This document shows positions 1-9,457 of a stretch of DNA of 15,651 nt, in pieces. Position 1 is the first letter of the stretch. Every line of letters begins with the position of its first letter. Below the pieces are notes generated by a model. It searched no databases and was not told where the DNA came from. It saw only the letters and a list, made by a program, of their open reading frames with translations. This DNA comes from Octopus vulgaris. Its lineage: Eukaryota. A program made the translations under genes and the position numbers. Where the stretch lies: assembly GCA_951406725.2 (NCBI GenBank), contig OY720585.1:1-15651 (forward strand), in the 5' to 3' direction.

Positions 1-67
1 ACTTAAATAGCTTAATTGAAAGAGCATGACGTTGAAGGTGTTAAGGTGGTAGTATTATCTTTAAGTG
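1..67 (+). tRNA. trnF: tRNA-Phe (GAA)
   Basis: Acceptor stem ACTTAAA/TTTAAGT, anticodon arm TGACG-TTGAAGG-TGTTA; follows nad5 across the circular junction. Confidence 0.95.
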
Positions 68-91
68 AGAATAAGTATTTTTTTGATTTAT

Positions 92-784
92 CAATTGATG
101 ATTATCAGAATATAAAGTAATTAATAAAGAGAAAATATAACCTTGAATAATAGCAATACCAATTTCAAAGATAAAATAACCAATTTGTACTATTAAAACA
201 ATTGATGTTGAGATAATAGAAGTATTAATTAATGAAAATGATAAGAAGTCACCAATTAGGGTTAAGATAATATGTCCAGCTCTAATGTTTGCTGCGATTC
301 GAATTGCTAAAGTTAAAGGTTGAACTCTAATACTTATAATTTCAATTAGAGGTAAGAAAGGGATTAGAAATGAAGGAGTACCTGAAGGTAGAAGGGATGC
401 GAGAGATGAATAACTATTATTTTGATAGGATGAAATAATTAATCTAAATCATAATGGAAATGAGAGAGAAAATGATATAGCTAAATGACTAGTAGTTCTA
501 AATACATAGGGAATTAACCCTAAGAGGTTAAAATTAATAATTATTAAAAATAATGATGAGATGATGAGTGAAAAGCCTCCTAAATTATTTCTAAAAGATC
601 GAGTAATCTGGATGTTAATAATTTGTTTTGGGATTATTAGAGAGGAGTTGAAAAGGGAAGGAAAAATTCAGAATGAAGAATTAATAAAAAAGAGAGATCA
701 TAAGGATAAGATTCATGTAAGAGAATGAAGATATAATGTTGTTGAGTTATGGTCATCAAATGAAGAAAAAATATCTACTATCAT
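92..784 (-). CDS. atp6: ATP synthase F0 subunit 6
   Basis: Hand translation (table 5): ATG at 784, MMVDIFSSFDDHN...NLLGLIPYVFSTTSHL...QPLTLAIRIAANISAGH...FEIGIAIIQGYIF...LYSDNHQ, 230 open codons. 3' end uncertain: codon 231 (94-92) is TTG, not a stop. Confidence 0.93.
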
Positions 785-785
785 T

Positions 786-940
786 TTATCAGTTATATTT
801 TGTTTTTTTGTTATTTTTTTTTGGTCTATTAAATGATATTTATTTTTATTATTTCATCATATGATAGATGAGTTAAGGAGAAGTAAAAATCAAAAGAGAA
901 AAAAAAGTATAATTCAGTTTAAAGGGGAAAGTTGTGGCAT
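786..940 (-). CDS. atp8: ATP synthase F0 subunit 8 (one apparent 1-nt deletion near the 3' end)
   Basis: Starts MPQLSPLNWIMLFFLFW; the expected ...KYNW-TAA end (TAA 788-786) is out of frame by one base (155 nt); T runs at 803-809 and 814-822. Confidence 0.93.
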
Positions 941-941
941 A

Positions 942-1008
942 TAAAAAGTACTATAAAAATAGTAATTTAAATTTGACAAATTTATGTTATTTTATTAACT
1001 AACTTTTT
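942..1008 (-). tRNA. trnD: tRNA-Asp (GTC)
   Basis: Acceptor AAAAAGT/ACTTTTT; anticodon arm TAAAT-TTGTCAA-ATTTA. Confidence 0.93.
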
Positions 1009-1692
1009 ATGTATTTATATTTAATAGTCAGTTATTAAAAGTATTTATGTTTACGATTTCGAGTGTAATTGGTATAAATGAATGGTTTGCTCCACAAATT
1101 TCAGAACATTGTCCATAATATAATCCAGGTCGATTGGAATAAAGGTTTAATTGATTTAGTCGACCTGGGATAGCGTCTACTTTAATACCTAAAGAGGGTA
1201 CAGTTCAGGAATGAATAACATCTGCGGATGAAATAATTATTCGAGTGTTCGTTTTTATTGGAATAATTAGATGGTGGTCTGTTTCTAGAAGTCGGAATGA
1301 GCCTTCATTTAGTTCATTTAAAGGAACTATATATGAATCAAATTCAATATTTATAAAATCTGAATATTCATATCTTCAATATCATTGGTGTCCTAGTGCT
1401 TTAATTGTAAGAAGTGGATTAACAGATTCATCTAGTAAATAAAGTAATTTTAAGGATGGTAATGCGAGGAAAAGTAGGATGATTCTGGGGATGATTGTTC
1501 AGATTGTTTCAATTTTTTGACTTTCTGTAATTATTAATGAAGAAAATTTGTTTGTTATTAATAAAACTGTAATATATATAACTAATGTTAGGATAATAAT
1601 TAGAATAAATATAGAGTGATCATGAAAAAAATAAGTTGTTCTATAAGGGGTGAATTTGCATCTTGAAATCCTAATTGTCCTCATTGGGTCAT
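1007..1692 (-). CDS. cox2: Cytochrome c oxidase subunit II (1-nt deletion at 1625-1631)
   Basis: [20 protein letters not shown](I)FFHDH...; CuA motif [16 protein letters not shown]; TAA at 1009-1007; 686 nt, frameshift in an A7 run. Confidence 0.97.
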
Positions 1693-1703
1693 ATTATTTT
1701 AAA

Positions 1704-3204
<1,501 letters not shown>

Positions 3205-3233
<29 letters not shown>

Positions 3234-4242
3234 ATAATAATATGGGGATAAAAATAATTGTTCCTAATATATTAAAACATATAATCGATTTTATATTTGT
3301 TATTATTTTATTTGTTTTAAATATAAAGAATGATTTGATTATTAGTAGTATTATCAAATTTAGGTAAAAATATAGTCTAACAAGGGTTCCAATAAATAAT
3401 AATAAAGATAATAAAATTATATTTATATTTAATAGTGAGTTGAGAACTATTAGTTTTGATAGAAATCCTAATGTAGGGGGAATACCTGCAAGGGATAAAA
3501 TTAATATTATGGTGAAGATGTTTTCTTTATTTATATATATATTTTGTTCTGTTAATGAGTATGTAAAAAAGGTTGATTTTATAGAAAATGTAATAAATAT
3601 AGGAAGAATAATAATTGTATAAATTAGTAGATAATTAAATATTAGAAAATTATTGATAAAGCAGATCGGTAATATTCATCCTAAATGAGAAATTGATGAA
3701 TATACTATAATTAATTGTAGGCTAGATTGATTAATAGCTTGAATTCTACCTAAAATAGAACTTATGAAAGCTGATAGAATTATAATAATATAATTAAAGT
3801 TAATGAAAGACAGTATAAATAATGGTGCTAATTTTTGTCATGTTAAAATTAAAAATAGTATTAGTCATCTTATTTGTTTACATATAGAAGGTAGTCAGAA
3901 ATGAAAGGGAGCTCTTCCCAATTTAATTAGTAGAGAAATAATTATAATAGGGGAGAATAAAGAATTATTAAATATTGAAAATATAGAAATTGAAGATATA
4001 TATATAAAGATTGATCTTCTAATAAATAATGATGATCTTATTGATTGAATAATAAAATATTTTATAGATCTTTCGATTTCAAAATTTTTAGATTTAATAT
4101 TTATTAAGGGTAAAATTCCTATTAAATTTAATTCTAAGCCTATTCATATTATTAGCCAATGGGATGATGATAAAGATATAATTGTACCTATAATTATTAT
4201 GATAATAAATATAAAATTGGCAGGGAAAAATTTATTGTTCAT
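3205..4242 (-). CDS. nad2: NADH dehydrogenase subunit 2
   Basis: MNNKFFPANFMF...WMGLELN...KYFIIQS...KLGSAPFHFW...YSSISHLGW...AGIPPTLGFLSK; motifs share one frame; first full stop TAA 3207-3205 overlaps cox1 by 29 nt (true end may be an abbreviated stop near 3234). Confidence 0.95.
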
Positions 4243-4311
4243 AAAGAGTAGTACAATTATGAATTGCTCATAATAAAGTTAGCAGCTTTATTATATAACA
4301 TTATTACTCTT
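4243..4311 (-). tRNA. trnS1: tRNA-Ser(AGN) (GCT), D-arm replaced by a loop
   Basis: Acceptor AAGAGTA/TACTCTT; extended anticodon stem ATAAAG-CTGCTAA-CTTTAT. Confidence 0.9.
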
Positions 4312-4660
4312 ATATTCAATTTAAGGATCCTTGATTTCACTCATGAAGTAATCCAATAATTAGGATAATGAGGAAGATTATAGAGGATGATAAATAAATA
4401 GTTGAGGGTGAAAATAAAAGGTTAATAATTATTGGTATTAATAAAATGATTTCTACATCAAAGATTAGAAAAATTACTGCTAATAGAAAAAAACGTATGG
4501 AAAAAGGAGATCGAGTATATCATGAAGGATCAAAACCACATTCAAAAGGAGAATTTTTTTCACGGTTTATATTATTTTTAAATATAATTAATGATCTGAT
4601 AATAAATAAAATAACATTAAGGATAATAAGAAATAATGCAAATAAAGAAAAAGAATACAT
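4310..4660 (-). CDS. nad3: NADH dehydrogenase subunit 3
   Basis: ATG 4660, REKNSPFECGFDP, RFFLLAVIFLIFDVEI, HEWNQGSLNWM-TAA; 351 nt in frame. Confidence 0.97.
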
Positions 4661-4728
4661 AAGTATAGAAGATAATTTTTCTTATAATTTATAACATCAA
4701 TATAATCCGTTCATTCCGGCGCTATACT
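4661..4728 (-). tRNA. trnI: tRNA-Ile (GAT)
   Basis: Acceptor AGTATAG/CTATACT; anticodon arm TTATA-TTGATGT-TATAA. Confidence 0.93.
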
Positions 4729-4798
4729 CCAGTGAAGAAATAAAATATTTCAGTTTTTTAATTAACAGTTAAATGCCGCTAATTTTGGCTTTTCACTG
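4729..4798 (-). tRNA. trnN: tRNA-Asn (GTT)
   Basis: Acceptor CAGTGAA/TTCACTG; anticodon arm TTTAA-CTGTTAA-TTAAA. Confidence 0.93.
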
Positions 4799-4862
4799 AA
4801 ACAAGGGTAAAATATTACCTAATTATGGGTCGAAACCATATATGAAAATTCATTTCTTGAAT
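4798..4862 (-). tRNA. trnR: tRNA-Arg (TCG)
   Basis: Anticodon arm TATGG-TTTCGAC-CCATA; D stem ATGA/TCAT; acceptor ATTCAAG/CTTGTTT has two T.T mismatches so ends are approximate. Confidence 0.88.
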
Positions 4863-4930
4863 GGTATTAAATAAATTAGATTATTACTTTTTAATTGCAA
4901 GTTAAATTTTCTTATATAAAATATAATACC
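4862..4930 (-). tRNA. trnA: tRNA-Ala (TGC)
   Basis: Acceptor GGTATTA/TAATACC; anticodon arm TTTAA-CTTGCAA-TTAAA. Confidence 0.92.
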
Positions 4931-4996
4931 ATTAAGGATTATATAATCATAGCTAGATTAAAAGTCTAGTGCTTATTTGGTTTCAGCCACTTAATA
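4929..4996 (-). tRNA. trnK: tRNA-Lys (TTT)
   Basis: Acceptor TATTAAG/CTTAATG; anticodon arm CTAGA-CTTTTAA-TCTAG; last two bases (GG) shared with trnA. Confidence 0.92.
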
Positions 4997-5014
4997 AAGT
5001 TAATAATAGTTATT

Positions 5015-5794
5015 TTATGAACCTCATCAATATACAAAAGTATATAAAAATAGTCATACTACATCTACAAAATGTCAGTATCAAGCCGCAGCTTCGAATC
5101 CAAAATGGTGTGAAGAGGAAAAATGATTTATTAAGATTCGTAACAAACATATTAGAAGGAAAGTTGATCCAATAATTACATGTAAGCCGTGAAAACCTGT
5201 TGCTACAAAGAAAGTTGAACCATAAATTCTATCTGAAATAGAAAATGATGCTTCTATATATTCTAATATTTGAAGGATTGTAAAATAAAATCCTAAGGAA
5301 ATAGTAATAATTATAGAGTGAGTTGCGGATTTTAAATCATTATTTATTAGTGAATGGTGTGCTCAGGTGACGGATACACCAGAGGCTAATAAGATTGCTG
5401 TATTAAGTAAGGGAATTTGGAAAGGATTAAGGGGAAAAATGTAAATGGGAGGTCAACATGATCCAATATCTATATTAGGAGCTAAACTACTATGGAAATA
5501 GGCTCAAAAGAAAGCAAAAAAGAAACATACTTCTGAAATAATAAAAAGTATTATACCTCATCGAAGGCCATTATATACTTTGGATGTGTGGAAACCTTGA
5601 AATGTACTTTCTCGAATAATGTCACGTCATCATTGAATTATGGTTAAAATTATAAGTAGTAAACCAAAAAAAATAAGGGAGTTTTCATAATTGTGAAATC
5701 ATGAGGAAAGTCCTGTTGTTAAAAATAAAGCTCTTATGGATCCTGTTAATGGTCAGGGTCTAAATTCAACTAAATGAAATGGATTTCGAGTCAT
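5015..5794 (-). CDS. cox3: Cytochrome c oxidase subunit III
   Basis: [16 protein letters not shown]...[19 protein letters not shown]...[20 protein letters not shown]...WWGS-TAA; 780 nt in frame. Confidence 0.98.
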
Positions 5795-5831
5795 AAATAA
5801 TAATAATATTTATTAAAAGAAGTTTAATATA

Positions 5832-5888
5832 TTGACAAAAATTGGACAAATTTAGATGTATGATCCAAAAAGGGCAAATTTTTGTCAA
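5832..5888. repeat. Perfect 12-bp inverted repeat (stem-loop, 33-nt loop)
   Basis: TTGACAAAAATT (5832-5843) and AATTTTTGTCAA (5877-5888) are exact reverse complements. Confidence 0.85.
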
Positions 5889-5931
5889 GAGAAAAGAGGG
5901 GGTGAGGGTGTTTTAAAAAATGTTAGTTTTA

Positions 5932-5948
5932 TGTATATAATATATACA
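5932..5948. repeat. 17-bp interrupted palindrome
   Basis: TGTATATA-A-TATATACA. Confidence 0.65.
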
Positions 5949-6077
5949 ATAATTTATATATTAATGCAATTACATGAAATCTCCGCTAGTTTTGAAAAAT
6001 TGATGTTTATAAAAATGAGATAAGGATCATTAAAATATTCTATGTATTTTTAATATTTTTATTAAACTAACGACTTT

Positions 6078-6119
6078 TGTAAATAAAATTTATAAATAAT
6101 ATGTAAATTTTTATTTATG
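6078..6119. repeat. Imperfect ~17-bp AT-rich hairpin
   Basis: TGTAAATAAAATTTATA (6078-6094) pairs with TGTAAATTTTTATTTATG (6102-6119) with G.T pairs and one bulge; 7-nt loop. Confidence 0.55.
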
Positions 6120-6439
6120 TATTTTATAAATTGATAATTGGGGTCTGTGGTGGTTGATTTTTATACTTAGATGTAACTCAGGATAAATATATTTAATTCT
6201 TTGTTTGTTTATATGTAATATATAAATAGTATATAAATATCATAGAAATAATTAATATTCTTAATGGTGTATAAATTATATTATATTTGAGTATAAAAAT
6301 GGTTAGTATAAATTTATTTTGTAATTATGTTTTATAAATTATATTTGTATTTTATAATAAAACTATATAAATATCTTATTATTGATATATAATATTTTAG
6401 AATATTGAGTTATACAAGTTATAGATTATATACTTTAAT

Positions 6440-6502
6440 ATTTTTGTGGTGTAATTTGCACGAAAGATTTTCAATTTTTAGGAATAATAATTATTATATA
6501 TA
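6440..6502 (+). tRNA. trnE: tRNA-Glu (TTC)
   Basis: D stem GTGT/GCAC; anticodon arm AAAGA-TTTTCAA-TTTTT; acceptor ATTTTTG/TATATAT imperfect, ends approximate. Confidence 0.87.
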
Positions 6503-6518
6503 TTATCAAAAGTATTCG

Positions 6519-6584
6519 GTTTTATTAGTATAAGAAGTATGGTTGTTTTCCAAACAATTGGTTTAAATTTATTTAAATGAAATA
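6519..6584 (+). tRNA. trnG: tRNA-Gly (TCC)
   Basis: Acceptor GTTTTAT/ATGAAAT; anticodon arm GTTGT-TTTCCAA-ACAAT. Confidence 0.92.
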
Positions 6585-6593
6585 AAATATTTT

Positions 6594-6661
6594 TATGATT
6601 TGGTGTATGGGCATATAAAGTTTTGATCTTTAAGGAAAAGGTTCAAGTCCTTTTTTTGTAA
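6594..6661 (+). tRNA. trnQ: tRNA-Gln (TTG)
   Basis: Anticodon arm TAAAG-TTTTGAT-CTTTA; canonical T arm AAAGG-TTCAAGT-CCTTT. Confidence 0.92.
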
Positions 6662-6728
6662 AGAGTTTTAAGTTAAATTAAACTAAAAGTTTTCAAGACT
6701 TTAAATAGATAATTATATTTAAATTCTG
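6662..6728 (+). tRNA. trnW: tRNA-Trp (TCA)
   Basis: Acceptor AGAGTTT/AAATTCT; anticodon arm AAAGT-TTTCAAG-ACTTT; TCA anticodon matches TGA=Trp. Confidence 0.93.
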
Positions 6729-6795
6729 TGTGAGGTGGTCGAAGTTTTTAGTCGGTAGATTGTAAATCTATTTATAAGTGTTTACTTTCTCATGG
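6729..6795 (+). tRNA. trnY: tRNA-Tyr (GTA)
   Basis: Acceptor TGTGAGG/TCTCATG; anticodon arm GTAGA-TTGTAAA-TCTAT; last two bases (GG) shared with trnC. Confidence 0.93.
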
Positions 6796-6857
6796 TTTTA
6801 TATTTTAACTAAAATATTAAATTGCAAATTTAAAGATACATGTTTATGTTAAAACTT
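6794..6857 (+). tRNA. trnC: tRNA-Cys (GCA)
   Basis: Acceptor GGTTTTA/TAAAACT; anticodon arm TTAAA-TTGCAAA-TTTAA. Confidence 0.92.
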
Positions 6858-6862
6858 GTTTT

Positions 6863-6930
6863 GATAAAGTAAGCTAAGTAAGCTATTGGGTTCATACCTC
6901 GAAAATAGATTTTGTATTGTCTCTTTATTA
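6863..6930 (+). tRNA. trnM: tRNA-Met (CAT)
   Basis: Acceptor GATAAAG/CTTTATT; D stem AGCT/AGCT; anticodon arm TTGGG-TTCATAC-CTCGA. Confidence 0.95.
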
Positions 6931-7896
6931 AATATATTAATTTGACTTTGGTTTTGTTTTTAATTGTTGTAATTTTATACATGTTAGGTTTGTTTAATAT
7001 ATGTATATATATATATATTACGCTTTTATGTTAATATTTATTTTGTGTTTATTATAATAAAGTTTAATATTTATTATAAGGGTACTTTTAATTTAGTATT
7101 AAGTGATTTTTAATATGTTAATTAATATTTCAGTATATTTATTTATACAATAAATGAGAGTTTTATATAGAAATTATAAATTATAATTGGATAAATTTGT
7201 GCCAGCATCTGCGGTTATACTTATGATTAAGATTAAAAGTTTTTGGTTTAAAGTAAAGTAAGACAATTTCTTTTAAAAGAAAATTATATAGTTGGTTTTT
7301 TGGTAAAATTTTTAGAATTAGCTTGTTTGTTTATGTTTTTCTTTATTGTTAGTACTTTGAAATTTTGAAAATAAACTAGGATTAGATACCCTATTATTTC
7401 TTATTGTAAAAATTGATTTTGTTTACCTAAGTATTATGAAAATGACTAAGATAATTAGTTATTGATTGTTGTTTAAAACTTAAAAGGTTTGGCGGTTTTA
7501 CATATCCAGTTAGGGGAGTTTGTTAATATAATTTGATAATCCACATTTTAAACTTACTTTTTTTTGAATTATATATAACGGTTTATATATTGCTGTCGGC
7601 AGTTTATATTTTAAGAGTAAAAGGACTTTTGAATTTTAGGATTTATATGTCAAGTCATAATGTAGCTGATAAAGAAGGTTTAATGGACTACTATAATTTA
7701 TATTATTTACTTATCCGGATAATGAAAATTAAATTTTGTTAGTAAGGTGGACTTGATAGTAAACTTGGTTATTAGTATGTGTAGTTGAATGTGGTTTTGT
7801 AAAGTGTACATATCGCCCGTCACTCTTGTTGTTTAAATAAGATAAGTCGTAACATAGTAGAAGTAATGGAAATTGTTTCTGGAAGAGTATATAATA
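6931..7896 (+). rRNA. rrnS: Mitochondrial small subunit (12S) rRNA
   Basis: Conserved motifs GTGCCAGCATCTGCGGTTATAC, AAACTAGGATTAGATACCCTATTAT, GTACATATCGCCCGTCAC, AAGTCGTAACATAGTA; ends inferred from flanking tRNAs. Confidence 0.95.
7004..7018. repeat. (TA)7 microsatellite within the 5' part of rrnS
   Basis: TATATATATATATAT. Confidence 0.7.
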
Positions 7897-7965
7897 CAAA
7901 AATTAACATAATTGTAATGTGTCTCACTTACGTTGAGAGGATAATTTTATTTAAATTATTTTTGA
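7897..7965 (+). tRNA. trnV: tRNA-Val (TAC)
   Basis: Acceptor CAAAAAT/ATTTTTG; anticodon arm TCTCA-CTTACGT-TGAGA. Confidence 0.94.
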
Positions 7966-9322
7966 TTTAGATTGGTTTTTATTTTGATATTTATTTTTGG
8001 ATAGAAGTGTTGATAAAAGTTTTTGATTTTAAAGTAATGGGTATAGAAATATTTATTTGTATGTACTGAGAAGGATGTAGAATTTTGTAATTTAGTTATA
8101 GTAAAATTTAAGTTTTGTACCTTTTGCATAATGGTTTAATAATATTATTTTATGGATATAACTTTCTCGAAATATGAAGATTTATTTGTTTTAGTAATAT
8201 TTTATGTGTAGTTAACGTGGTAAAGTTATTATTTTAAGAGTAAATGGTAGTGAAATGCTATTCGATTTGTATGATAGCTAGTTTATTTATTTTTACATTT
8301 TAGTGTTAATTAAAAATTATTTATGATTGGTAGTTTTTTTAGTTTAAGTATTGGGGGATAAGCTTCATATATTATTGTGAGAATATATATATATATAATA
8401 AGATGATTAATTGAAGTTGAATTAATATTTTTTCTTTATTGTTATTTTTAATGTTATTTTATATTATTGAATTTTCTTTATAGTAGTTGGATAAATATCT
8501 TTTAATTATAAAAAGTGAAATATAATGTTAGAATGAGTATTTTTGGATGGTATATATAATTAGTTTTATTTTTAGTATTTGAATTTAAAGTTAATTAATA
8601 TAAATATAAGTTTATATATTAAAGTAAATTAAAGGAATTTGGCAAGAATAAATTTCGCCTGTTTATCAAAAACATGTCTCTTTGAGTTTTTTTAATGAAG
8701 AGTTGGGCCTGCTCGGTGATTAATATTTAACAGCTGCGGTATTATAACTGTACTAAGGTAGCATAATAATTTGCCCTATAAATTGGGGCTAGAATGAATG
8801 GTTTGACGAGAATTTAACTGTCTCTATTTTATTTATTAGAAATTAATTTTTATAGTGAAAAAGCTTTAATTATTTAAAGGGACGAAAAGACCCTATTGAG
8901 CTTTTGTTATTATATAGATATATATGTATATATATAATTTATTTGTAAATAACTTTGGTTGGGGTGATCAAGGAATAAAATTAATTTAAAGTATTGTATT
9001 AACTTCCTTAATTTTGAGTTTAGTTGAAGAATAAACCAAGTTTTTTGCTTAGAAGATAAGTTACCATAGGGATAACAGCGTAATTTTTTTTGAGAGTTCA
9101 TATTGAAAAAAAGAGATTGCGACCTCGATGTTGGATTAAAATTGACCTTAAGGTGTAGAGGCTTTATTAGGTAAATCTGTTCGATTTTTAAAATTTTACA
9201 TGATCTGAGTTCAAACCGGTGAAAACCAGGTTGGTTTTTATCTTTTAAATTGTTTTTTATTTGATTTAGTACGAAAGGATTGATTATGATTAATTGTTTT
9301 TAATTAATTTTATAAATATTGG
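7966..9322 (+). rRNA. rrnL: Mitochondrial large subunit (16S) rRNA
   Basis: CGCCTGTTTATCAAAAACAT (16Sar site), GACGAAAAGACCCTA, GGGATAACAGCGTAAT, GACCTCGATGTTGGATT, ACATGATCTGAGTTCAAACCGG (16Sbr site); ends inferred from flanking tRNAs. Confidence 0.96.
8383..8397. repeat. (AT)7 microsatellite within rrnL
   Basis: ATATATATATATATA. Confidence 0.7.
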
Positions 9323-9388
9323 ATAAAGTTGGCAGAAATATGTGAGTAATTTAGGATTATTTTATAAAAGTATAACTTTTACTTTATA
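9323..9388 (+). tRNA. trnL1: tRNA-Leu(CUN) (TAG)
   Basis: Acceptor ATAAAGT/ACTTTAT; TGGCAGA D-arm start; anticodon loop TTTAGGA. Confidence 0.93.
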
Positions 9389-9457
9389 TTAAGATGACAG
9401 ATTAGTGTGAAGGATTTAAGATCCTTTTATGGAAATTATTATTATTTTCTCTTAATA
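9388..9457 (+). tRNA. trnL2: tRNA-Leu(UUR) (TAA)
   Basis: Acceptor ATTAAGA/TCTTAAT; anticodon arm AAGGA-TTTAAGA-TCCTT. Confidence 0.93.

Larger units (their letters stand above)
5795..6439. promoter_or_regulatory. Major non-coding (control) region
   Basis: Only long non-coding stretch (~645 bp), very AT-rich, lies between the divergent cox3 (-) and trnE (+) blocks, the usual octopod position. Confidence 0.9.

Noticed and set aside
320-322. Gln in the atp6 'QPLTLAIR' motif where Arg is common in invertebrates
   Set aside because: The essential Arg (LAIRIAAN) is intact, and Gln occurs at this position in human ATP6
1499-1684. ORF 1499-1684 (-) and ORF 11248-11460 (+) as novel proteins
   Set aside because: Chimeric read-throughs across the cox2 and cob frameshifts; their C-terminal parts are ordinary cox2 and cob sequence
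5872-5910. Canonical three-tier G-quadruplex
   Set aside because: Only three runs of three or more G; at most a weak two-tier structure
5922-6414. Long-range inverted matches GTTAGTTT/AAACTAAC (5922-5929, 6064-6071) and TAACTCA/TGAGTTA (6174-6180, 6406-6412)
   Set aside because: Only 7-8 bp in a very AT-rich 645-bp region; expected by chance
5795-6439. CRISPR-like or perfect tandem repeat array in the control region
   Set aside because: No long exact repeat unit; only the short degenerate TATAAAT motif reported above
7267-7282. 16-bp palindrome TTTCTTTTAAAAGAAA in rrnS, and the AT hairpin at 8909-8938 in rrnL
   Set aside because: Explained as rRNA helices in variable regions
7533-9101. ORFs inside rrnS (7533-7742, +) and antisense to rrnL (8910-9101, -) as possible mitochondrial-derived peptides
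   Set aside because: Called with the wrong code, low-complexity AT-driven composition, no supporting evidence
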